From positions 2,973-66,972 of the forward strand of contig JAUXTO010000018.1 in NCBI GenBank assembly GCA_030679255.1: a DNA stretch of 64,000 nucleotides, read 5' to 3'. The stretch is from Candidatus Gottesmanbacteria bacterium. Lineage in GTDB: Bacteria > Patescibacteriota > Microgenomatia > UBA10105 > UBA927. Every line of letters begins with the position of its first letter. Position 1 is the first letter of the stretch. The notes under the pieces were generated by a model. The model did no database searches, was not told the DNA's origin, and saw only the letters and a program-made list of their open reading frames with translations. The translations under genes were made by a program, and so were the position numbers. Shown here in pieces: positions 33,701 through 45,700 of this stretch.

Positions 33701-36700
33701 CCCAGGGGAAGCAGAGCGAGGAGCGGGCGAAGAATCCGCCGCAACCGATTGACGCGGTCATGGCGATCCCTCCCATCGCGGCACCGGTAGTCCCGCCTCC
33801 CGCACCGGGAACAGCACCCGGCCAATCGCCGCTTGGAATTCCGGCCCAACTCCCCGAGTGCGTCACCGGAGATACAAAGCTCAAGAGGAGAAAGAAAGGA
33901 AGAAAGCAAGAGAGGAAGATAGCCGGAGCCGGATCAGATTTAGATGGTGTGGAGAAAAAACAAACCGCCTCTTTCGAAGCGGCTGTTGGTGAAGGAGATA
34001 CAATATCTCCGTCGTCCGATAAGCTTATATATGATACATCGCTTATGCCGGTTATGTCAAGTGGGCGGAAGGCGGGAGACTTGCACTCCATCCCGTCTTA
34101 CGACGGGACCATTCGCTTATCAGACGACGCCCCCTCGTCGGAGGTTCACCTTCCACCTGACGCCAGTATATCACAGGATGAATATGAGGACGTTGCCATC
34201 AAAGACATCCAGGCGGGCGACGAGATCCTGTCTCTGAACGAAGCCACCGGCCAGTTTGTCCCCCAGATTGTGGAAAAACTCATGGATAAGGGCATGCAAC
34301 AAACCTATCTTCTTGTGACATCATACGGAAAGCATATTCGCACGACAGCACAACACCCCTACCTTGTGCGCGATCCGCGGTTTGTAGAGCCGCCCATATT
34401 CCCTGAGCGGATTTTTGGCAGCTTTGAAGTGGATTTATCCGGTCATATTGAGGACACCTCTGTCGATACGTTTGTATCCGTTGCGAACCAATCATTTGCG
34501 CAGACCATACTGATCGAACAAACAGTCAAAAGACTACTCCAAAAGTTATTTAAGAAAAAAAATCACCTGAAGTATCTCGGACCACGCGTATTGGCAGCAG
34601 CGATTATGAGAATTATTCGACAAAGCAACATCGCCGTGACACATTTGACCGTTGATTTGAAATTCCCCGGATATCTGGAGGAAATTTCGCAGATACTACA
34701 TAGATTTGATCCGGACATGATGGTGTATTTCGGATCTATCGGCAAGCATTCACCAGCTCACTATGCCGCTCATGGCGCATTTATTGGGAAACAGCCGATT
34801 ATCGGCTTTTTACAGAAAGAGGATATTTTCGGTAACAAAAAAGACCGCGATTCCCGAAAGAATCTAGGCGCTTTGCAAAGTAAGGACGATCATATCCTAG
34901 GGAAATCGCCTGACCAAGTAAAGAGCGCACGCGGTCAATTTGTCTCCCCAGTATATACGAGAAGTCTCGATCTGTCAAACGGATCTTCGTGGAGAAAAGT
35001 AAAGGATATCAGAGTCAATCTGGAGGTAGCAACGATCGATGGTTGGGAGCGGATCGTGAGCATTGTGCCGATAGCCCGTGAGCATGTATACGATGTTCAA
35101 ATTTCCGGCACCCATAACTTCGTCGGCAACGGCATCGTCGCGCACAACACCTCAATAGAATCGATGCGGGTCCGGGAGTTCCATGCCGATACGGACGGGC
35201 AGGGGACTCAGCACTCAAAGGTTATCGAAGATATGCTCGTCCATATTTTGAATAATCCTGATACGGCAGGAGCGTTCCAGCTCATCCGGTCTGTCCGGTT
35301 GTTTGCAGCCCAGCACGGTATGACGGCGCTTGCAAGCATGGAGGAAACGCGTATCCGCGAGCTCCTCCCCACGATCTTTCGGTTTTTTGCACAGCACCAT
35401 GAAATGGGCAACTTCATGGGGATTGTGGATGGCAAACTCGCCGTATTCAAGCTTCAACATCACCCGGGCGCGGAAGCGCGGGCAAAAGCGATTTGGGATT
35501 TGATGACGGGCAACGATGCGTCTGCCTATCGCGCGAAAGCTCAGGAGTACGGAGCAGGTACTCTTAATGACGACGAGTGGAATCTCATCCGGGGATTAGT
35601 TGGGCAGATGATTATCGAGACGAACGTCGATCAAAACACAGACGGGTATGGGCTTGTCAGCCGCGTCTTTAATTTCAACATCAACGGGCCAGAGATGAAG
35701 GAGGCAGAGGGGTTTCAAAATACCCTTGTTAATTTGTATTCTCTATCCCAACGCCAAGTCCTCGTAACCAATCCGTTTACGAAGAAATTTGACCTCCCCC
35801 AACCATGGCTCCTGAAACGGATGTACGATATTGCCCTCCATTATACCAATTCATCAAATAAATCTTACGAAGAAAGTATCCGTGCGACTGTCGAAGAGGG
35901 ATGGACCCAGACAACTGAAGAAATTGATGCGCTCACCGGTCTTGCCAAGCTCTTTCATCGGGCCCGAAACGGTCTGGGAAACCTTGCTGCCCTCGCCGAT
36001 CAGGAAGTGGGTGCGTACCTACCGGATGGCGCCTATACCAACCCCCGGACCAATATTTCCTGGGCTCTCATGGCCGAGTACATCCGCCGCGACGTGCCCG
36101 TACCGGGCTACAACCCGGCCAAACCGGAAGAGTATTTGGGTTTCATCGACACGATGGCCAATATCGAATTTGGCAAACTCTTCCACAATCTCATGCAGGA
36201 TGCAGGAGGGGAGTTAGCGTGGACCAACCGGACCCCCGCCGCCCAGCTGGCCTTCGCCCGCGCCCGCCAGGCGGAGCTTAAATCCATGGTCGCCGAAGCG
36301 ATGAAACAACAAAGATTGACCGAATTACAACTCGCAGATCTGCCCGGATTTTTAGAGAAACTGCCCGGGAAGTATCCGGACGGCGCTAGACAGAAATTTG
36401 AACAGGCACTTGAAGAGGCGATGAATAGAGTGAATGACCTGCGGTCGGCAGAACAAAAAAATACTGCGAAGACTATCCAGACATTCACTGCTCCTTTTGA
36501 AAAATTGAGTGCTGATCCGGAAGTGTCGGCATATATCATTGGTCTGGATCCGGACTATCTCGCAAGTCTTGTTGCAGAAAAGGGGGCAGTGGATCGTAGG
36601 GACGCGGAAGTGATGGTCGCTGCATTGGAGCTGCTCGCCCAACGGGATCCACCAAAGAACGCACCGCAAGATCCGGTTGTAATGGCCAAAAGAGCGCTCA

Positions 36701-39700
36701 CTACGGTCAGGGGAGTGCAAAATGCGAGAAATCAAGCGATTTGGGCGTGGGACGCGGTTGCGACCCTTACCGAGCTTGTGAAAGAAACGCAACCACCACT
36801 CCAATTTTGGATCTACCTTGCCGATCTGCAGGACATTTTCGACGCTGCGGTAAAAACAGACCAAGAATTACTCCAAGAGACCAAAGTAGCAACCCGTGAA
36901 GTTTCAGAGAGTCTTGCCGATTTAGTTACGATCGATAACGCACGGGACATGACGAAAGCAGTCAGTCAGATCAGCGCAAATCGGGACGCATTGCTTGTGG
37001 CAAATGCAAAATCAACCGGGCTTATTCTTTTGGCTATCGCCCGCGGCGATGAAAAATTCACGATACTCGGGATGATTCATACGGCGCTTACCAAAGGGGT
37101 GAATAAGGCGGTTGTCACCCGATTAGGAATCACGCCGGAGACCCTTGCGGCATACGAAGATGCCGTGTATGTATCCGTATCAGAAACATTAGATGCCTAT
37201 GTTGTTGATAAAACAGATACCCGTCTCGCCCGCCTGAATCCGGCGGCAGGCAAGAAAGTATTTGATAAACCGGCATACGATAAATTAGTCACAAAAGCCC
37301 AAGCGGGAGCAAATATTCAGGAGGCATTAGCCGTAGATGTTTTTCCAAATAATCCTGATCTTCGACCGGCCCTTCTTCGGAGGCCAGAACTTCTTGATGG
37401 AATGGCAAAAGCCATTCTTGCTACAGCAGAGAAGCGAACGGATGACGCACTGAAAGAGCAGAAAAAAGCCGATGAAGATCGCCTCGCCCGCGCGGAAAAA
37501 ATAAAGTTAGCAAATGCCCAAAAGAAGGCGGAGAAAGAAGAAGCCAAACGTCGGAAAGAGCAATTAACGAGGGATCAGAAAGTGGAGCAAGAGCGCCTCG
37601 AGTTGGAACGGATAGCCCGTGAAAAAGCTGCTGAGGAGACGCGGCTTCGCGATGAAGCAGAAGCCCGTCGTAGGGCTGATGAAGATGAGCAGAGGCGGGC
37701 GCAAAAGCAAAGGGACGCAGACGCCCAGCGGCTTGCCCAGCAGGAGCAAACCCGACTTAAAGGATTTATCCAAGCGAGTAAGGCCCGCCGCGCGGTACCG
37801 TTTGCTCCACCGAGCCAGGATCAGATTCGTGACGTCGTCACTCGGTCCTTCGAATTAGGAGTCCTTCCGGCTTTAGCAGCGCGTGATGCGGTCATAGAAA
37901 CTGCACTTCAATTTGGTGAAAAGGAACTGGCTATGCGCATGGGCGTGAACTTTGAGACGTTCCGATTTTTGGCGGAAAAGTATGGACAGCGGGTCATGAG
38001 ACAGTATGCGGAGCAGGGACTGCCGGAGATCGGTCGGGCGATCAATTCCGGCAAAGCAGAAGCGATCAAAGCTGCGCTTGATCAAAACAAGATCACACCA
38101 TTCTATTACACCGATCAAGCAGGCTTACTTGCCCTGTTTAAGGCAAACGGTGAACCGGCACCATCCCCAGAGGTGGTTACCCGCATGATGCAGGGAGACC
38201 TGGGGACGGCGACGAAAAAAGGCATCTACCTTAAAGCTGATATGTTAAGTGGTGAAAACGTAACTGTTCTGTATCAGCGGATCATCGCCGAGGAAGTCAC
38301 GCACTTCATACGGTTGAACGATCCCACTGTCACGATCACCCAAAAGAACGTGGGACGCGAAGAGCTCATCGCCGCCGCCGTCTCCGTGGCGATGCTCAAA
38401 ACCCCGCCGCAGGAGGCCTACCAGCACGCCCAGACGACCACCATCCTGACCCATTTGGTATGGACGACAACGACCCCGGAGCCGGAGAAAGAAAAAGATG
38501 CCGGAGCGGCGAAAAAACCGGCATCCAACCTCCGTCGGCCACTTTCGAAAGAACAATTGGAAGTAAAATTGAAACAACTTGGTTTTGCAGATGGAACGAA
38601 CGATTTAATTAGTAAGCATCAGGCACTTGAGCTATTCCAGAAAAGCGATGTATTCAGAGGATGGACAGTTCGTGACGTCGATGATCACGGTGCCGCATCA
38701 CTCGTCATCTTTGCCAATACACCCGAAGGCGAACCGAGAGCAGTGAAAGTTGCCCTGAGTCCGAATGATGAGGAATCGGCCAAAATATCATTATTTGTAA
38801 ATTCCGGTACCCCTACAGTATATAGTTCTGGGCGTATTCAAAGAGATACGAGTGCCTCTTATTCATATATGGTCATGGAGGAGCTTCCGATTAGTGAGGA
38901 ATACAAACCCGGATCGTATATTTCATACGATAACCTGATCGTATCAGTAGAATATGACAAATTATCTCCAAAAGAAAAACTATCCTTTGCACTTGGTTTT
39001 GTTAAGAAGTATTGGGGTATCATGTTAGCTGCTTCGATCAACCCGCACGTATTCAATGCGGATTTTGCTAAAGGTGACAGTATGTTCTTTTATATTGACG
39101 AACAGGGGAAGGAACCAAGAGATGGGGCGTTCAAGCTTATTGATTATGGAGGAGTAAAAAGTGCAGACCAGAATTTTCTAGATCAGCGTCGAGGTTTGCA
39201 CAAACCCATGCTAGGCAATGCAGACGGACAGTTGAGAGAAATTTTTCCCATTCTGGCTCGTATTGATCCTATGTATTTTATAGGGAGCGACGCGCATATG
39301 TTCACAACAAAATCTCCAATCGGCGAGGAGGTCATACCGTTAGAGAGTCTTCCGCCGGAAATTCAAAAGTTCATCATGTTTATCGCCAGATTTAACGAGG
39401 TTACGCATCCTACATTTGGAAAAATGCTCGGCGATGGACTGTTGCATGGCGTGAATTTTGCTGAGGGTGAGAATAATTGGGACATAGGAGGATTTATGCG
39501 GGAAGTTATACTTCCTGCAGAAAAGTCATTGGCAACTATGGGTGATCTTAAAGGAGAAAAAAATGATGCAGCATATAAAGTAAAGCGAGATGCTCTATTT
39601 CAATCCTTTGCTGACGCTAAAAAGAATTTTTCACCACGTGGTACTTCCTATGAAAAAGCCCAAACAGATGCCGATATTGGTGCGATCGTGGATGTTGTAC

Positions 39701-42700
39701 TGAATGGAAAGTATCATCCTGACGAGCGTCTGCGTGAAGCGCTTGAGAAGCCGGGAGTACGTGAAACGGTTGCAGGATTCCTTCCGGTCCTCCGCATAGT
39801 CCGGCCCGGACTTCGGGATATTATCGATGCACCTAATCAGAGAGAAACAGTGGGCGATACCATCACGACATTTGTTGCCAAGCGTTTGAAGGTTACGGAT
39901 TCGGCACAAGTGGAAGCGATTCGTGTAGCAGTAACCGCTGCGATTCCTCCAGCAATCGCTACTGGATTTGATATCGGCACGCGACTGTCTGGTGATGACG
40001 GAAAGCGAATTGGTACTATTTTGTCTACTGTATGGAAAGATTCCGGGCAGAACGCGTCAAATTTCCTCACCCGTCTCCCCGTCTTTGTTCGGGCCTTGAC
40101 TATTCCTGACCTTTTGGTCGCCCGTAGCTTTATCTCTGACGTGCAAAAAGCCCTCGAAGAACTGGAAAAAGTGACTTCCGGGATGAACGCGACGGGCATT
40201 GACTCTCCAGACGCCTTCCTTACTGCTTCTTCGTACACCGGCACCGACACCCGCTATGCCGGAAAAAACAATCAACAAATCATCGAAGCAATCCTGACTG
40301 CTCATGAAATTTCGACCAACACTGACGGGGTCACCCCACCCGAATACACCTCCCTCATCCAGACTTACGGCACCGTCATCTTCAATATCTTGCAGTCCAG
40401 ACCAATACAGCCCGCCTCAACTCAGCAAAAAATTCAGGCAGTGCTTGATCTGCTATCCACTGCACCAAGCGCGTTGATTGTAAAGGAGGAAGCACCGAAG
40501 GATCAATTACCATCAGTCGTGGGAAATCAAGTCAAACTTCAGGAAAAGGTCATTGAAATAATTCAGGGGAAGAATGTGCGTTTGGCAGAGTTATTGCAAC
40601 AACCAGGATTGGCATTTAGTTTTATGATGTTTAATAATATTCGACTTGAATTACGTCTTGACGCTTCATGGATAGATACACCAGAGAAATATCTCGATGT
40701 TATTTTACGCTACTTGGTGGAGAAAGTGAGTAAAGACATTTACACGCATAAGTTTGAACATGAAAAAAATGAAATAGAAGGATTTAGCAGTCAATATAAT
40801 CAGGAGTATATAAAATATTTGAAATCAGTTCTGCTTGAATATGGATTCATCGAAAAACACATAGATGCATATATAGAAGGATATAAGGCTGATGCAAATG
40901 AGTTATCGAAGATTTACCAAAGTGGTAATACTGGGGGGTTAGAAAAAATATATAGGGTTTTAAATAGTTATTTTAGAGATGATTTTAGAGTTGATGATGC
41001 AAAGAATAAAGTCTATATTGACTTGATTGGCGGGTATCGATCAAATCTGTTAAAAACGATCAACAATGCACTCGCATCGGGTCGAGCTGGTTTACCTACC
41101 GCAGAGAGCATTCAGGCCCAATCGCAGAATCTTGAGAAACAGCGTCGTGAGAATACTGCAGGTGAAACGTTGAAACAACGCGTTTCAGACACCGTTACAC
41201 CCGGAGTATTTTTGGCATATGGATTGGCCGTTCCCGCGTGGCTCGATACTCCTCTTTCCGCGCTTACTCCTCAGGAAATCGGAAATGTTACGAAAGCATT
41301 GGAAGCGCTCAAGGTTCTCGTTGCAGGTGATAATGGGGTGAAGGCCGCCCAAACACTTTCACCGGTCACCATCGCCGACATTACCTCATCCCCCAAACAA
41401 GTAGTAGGTAGCCGCACGTTCCGCATGACCTCACAGGGAGTATTTGAAGAGGTAGCCAACACAGGATTTATGTTTTTTCCCAAGGGAACGGTGATTGCGA
41501 CCGGCACAGAAAACGTAGTGATGATCATCGGAGATCGTGTTGTCGATATCATCGTTGTGCAACGTGACTATCGCGTTTCAACAGATACATATATCGCATT
41601 TCCCAACTATAGAGATGATGAAGGGGCAAGAAATATTTATACATATGCGCTCCGGGGTGGCCAGCATATCGTCACCGGACCGCTTGCCGTCGGCACACTT
41701 ATTTCGCTTACCCAGCCAGTAAAGAAGGCAGCGATCGTTACGGCGAACGATATTGATTTGTATGATGTCGTTACCGTGGCGACGGGAAACACGATACTCA
41801 CACGCGGAGTAAATCCAACCCGCGTCTATATCCATAACGGGTCTTTTCTGCGGGAAATTACGACTCTTGAGGATATTGTATTGCCCGATAGCACGACGCT
41901 TCGCGTCGATCCGCGCCATTTTTCAGTAGGAGCCGTTATCTACAAGGAACGAGTTACCATTGGCGCAGTCGAAGTATTACGTACCACGGATGGACACATT
42001 GCTTTGTCGGTTGGAGCGGACGCGGGAGCTTGGTATTTCCAGTTTGGATCAGCAGGCCAAATGCCCTTGACCGTGATTGTGCCAAGTACATTGCAGAAAG
42101 TTAGTCTCATTGCCGAGCCATGGGATAGGACAAAGAATCAGGATTTTGATATTAATCATACTGCGTCTTCCTTGGCCGACGCGGTAACACCGAGCTATGA
42201 ATATGCGGGTGAACTTTTGGACGGATCGACGCTTCAGTACCGGGTAAAAGGAGATGGTACGAGAGAATGGATATCGGTCGATGCGGCGAACAAGCGTACG
42301 CCGGTTCCGATCGGTACCCTTCTGCAGAATTCATCTGGTGCGCCGCTACTCGTAGAATCCACCGGCACCGTTGTTGTCACGCAATTAGGCGATTTTCCGG
42401 TGTATGTCTCCAAGGATGGAAGACGCGTATGGAGGGAATCTGGTGCGCTCCTCACGCCTGCTTCTTCACCGCTGTTACTCGCTAATGGTCAAATGATATG
42501 GTTTGATGGGCAGGGGAGTATCCGTGTATTTGATGAGTATCTGAAGGTGTCGTTTGCAGGTGCGGGGGATATGCCTCTCCTGTTGGGCAAGGAAGCCACG
42601 ACCGGCACGCTCTATTGGGTAGGAGAGGCAGACGCGAGAGAGCAGCCCACCGGATCTGAATTTTCGGTTAATGATGTTCGGTTTCGGGTATCGCCCGGTC

Positions 42701-45700
42701 AAACGGTAGCGAGCCAACTTGTTGTGGTAGGGCTTACCGACACCAATGGGTTGTGGAATACCCTTCGATCGGATATGGATTTCCTCATCGGGTTTTATCA
42801 AAGCGTGGATTGGGCGGCGGTGGCAGAGGGGCAAGATGGATTGAGGAATAAAGACCAATTAATCGTTGATGTGAGGGAAAGAGCAAAAAAAGCCGTGAGA
42901 AGATTGCTCGTAGGAGTCGCAACGGACGTGACCGTCTTCGGGCCGGCATTTGATGCGTATATAGAAGAGACGATTATCCCGGCAGTGCGCACAAATATCC
43001 GGGCGATTGGTCAGCCGACTGTAGTGAAGGGAGCGCTTGAGATTGAACAAAATTTTGCCGTTTGGCGGGCGACCCATGAGATGGTCGATGCGTTTGTGCG
43101 TAGTCCGGCTCTGGCAAAAAAGAAGGGAGTGGTTGCCGTAGCCGGCCGTATCGCTGGGCTGCGTGCCGGGACTCAAGGCTCTGACACGGTTCCGATCGTG
43201 CGTGATGCACTTTGGACTGCCCTTCAAAATCAGGAATTGACGCTGCCGGTTGCCTACGGAAAGAAAAAGATCATCACGCTGCGATCTGCGATAGAAAGTA
43301 TGTACCTAAATGGGACGAGAGCGGGCTTTGCAGCCGAAAAAGCTCGGCTCATCGATGCGGCATGGATGGCGATTGATAACGCAGGCGCTTGGGAAGAATT
43401 TTTGGAGAGGGTGGGAGGGGTAAGTGTTACCATGCGTTCATGGTTTGGAGGATTAACGTATAGCGCGCAGGAAACCGCACTCTATGAACGTCTTGAAGTT
43501 GCCCTTCGGGATATTGGCACAGACAAAGACGCGAAAGCCGCAGCAGAAGCGGAGGCGAAACTTCGTAGTGATACGATCCAAGCACAATCGTTTGCCCAAG
43601 TTGCTGCGGATGGAATCATCGGTGAAGCATCGGGTTTGTATGGGATTGATATGTTTCGGGATGAAGTGACACGCTTGATCCGATCTCAAATCAGCACTAT
43701 GGCAGACGGCATCCGCAAGCAAAACAAAGAGCGTACAGAGGCCGTTGAGCGCATTGGAATGCGTCTTGGTAAAGCATTGTTCGATCAAGTGGCTAGCGTG
43801 AACATTGTCGGGATGCTTGAATTGGATCTAACGGCTACTCCAGCCAGAATCGAATCTAACATGTTACAGGGAAATTATACGGTGGAAGCGCAAGATTCGA
43901 TGTCTATCTGGAGAAACTATCTACCTGATCCATTGATGACGCTCTTTGATGATGCTATGAAGGATACTACATTGACTGCACTTACTCCGATTGAGCAGCA
44001 ATCCTATATAGATGACGTTCGCCGTGTAGCGGCACAAGAAGCACTGCGATTGTGGACTGCGCGGGAGGATGATGGTGGAATTTTATCCGTGATGACTCCA
44101 GAGGAGCGGCAGGCAGTGGTTGGGCTTGGGGTTAAAGCAATTGGATCAGAAAGAAGAATGGATTGGCTCATGGATGGAAGCGGGATATCATTACTTCCAG
44201 AGACGCGCAAGGCTCTCATACAGAAAGTATTTACTGATACGGATAAATTTATTGAAAACCAGCGGTTTACTGCGGCGCTTGCAGATGTTCAGCGCTTTTT
44301 TCCATCTCTTTCTTTAATATATGAAACGAGAAATAGATTTAATGCAAAATTATTTGAAGGTAATCTGGCATGGAGTTTAGCGGAGGCTGATACATTACAC
44401 GCGTTATTTGATGACGGCAAAGCATGGGAACAGACGAAAGCCGCATTACAGAAAACAGGAAGCTTGCGGGATCATATTTATCATAATTTTATCCTTCTTC
44501 ATTCAATTCCCCGGTATGCAGATCGGCTTCCGGATTTGTCGGTTCGGTTTTTTCGAGACGGATTGCCAAGCAGGATGCTTGAAGAGATATTTACACCGCA
44601 CAGTCTTTTTTGGAAATCTGAGTCCGTACAGTCCGCTATGAACTCGATCTTTTCAAAAAAACAAACCGATCAGGAATATATAGCGCAAATCTATATATTT
44701 CTCACGCGTATGTTTGGGAAGTTGATCGATACGAGTAATCTTAGTGGCACATATCACATATCCAATGATCAGTATCTCAGCTTTGTCCAAGTCGTGTCAG
44801 AGATTGTGTATGAAACGCATAAGGATTGGGTTGTCGTAGCGGATAATCCACCTAAGGTAGTCTCAAAAGAAGGGAAGACACTATCAATACTTGATATGTT
44901 TGCTAAACAAGTTGGTGTCCGTCAAGAAATAGCGGGTGTATACCAAAGAGTAAGGAGCGAATTTTTGAGCAGTGAATCATCAATGAGGTCCGTTGCCGCA
45001 GCCGCACTCAACATAACGACGGATGCTTCAAACAATAGTGCTAATGTTATTACCGCCAACCGAAGGCTCATGAAAGTAATTCATCCTGATACCACTGGTG
45101 TAACAGATGAATATATCAGCACAATTATGTCGTATATCGAACAGGTTAAAAAATACCTTGAAATCATCAACGATACTGTTATGTCGAAAGACAATATTGA
45201 TGCAGCATCATTTGTTTTTGCTCTCATTACCGATAAATTCATCTATAAGGAATCTATTTATGGGTTTAGTACTGGTGAGCAAATGAAACCCAGAAAAACT
45301 ACATATACTTTTCGTGAAAAGGAGTATTTGCTATATTCTCGTAAAATGCTGGGAAATGAGTTACAAGAATTTATACAATTTGTAATTAAGGACACAGCAT
45401 TAGATGAGCGTGCTATGGTTGTCAACCAAGCTGTTGCAACGGGTTCATATCAAGATGTACGGGATCAGATGGAGCAAGTATTTTTGAAATATGTCAGAAG
45501 TGCCGATGTGAACATGAGGGAGTGGGATAGCGATTGGTGGGAGTTGCAGATGTGGAATACCTATCGCCAAATCAGGCTCGCCCAAGGTTTAGAGCCGAGT
45601 GTGAAAAACGATGGAAGTGATTCTCCTTCGCGTCCGAGTGGTCCTTTATTCCTTCCTGCGCCCAGTATTCAAGATCTTGTGACACACATCGTTGTGCGGA

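Noticed and set aside
35149-35160. Ser as the intein +1 nucleophile (…AHNTS).
   Set aside because: The conserved HN dipeptide ends at 35148 (intein 1) and 47880 (intein 2). The residue immediately after is Thr in both, so Thr is taken as +1. Ser is +2.
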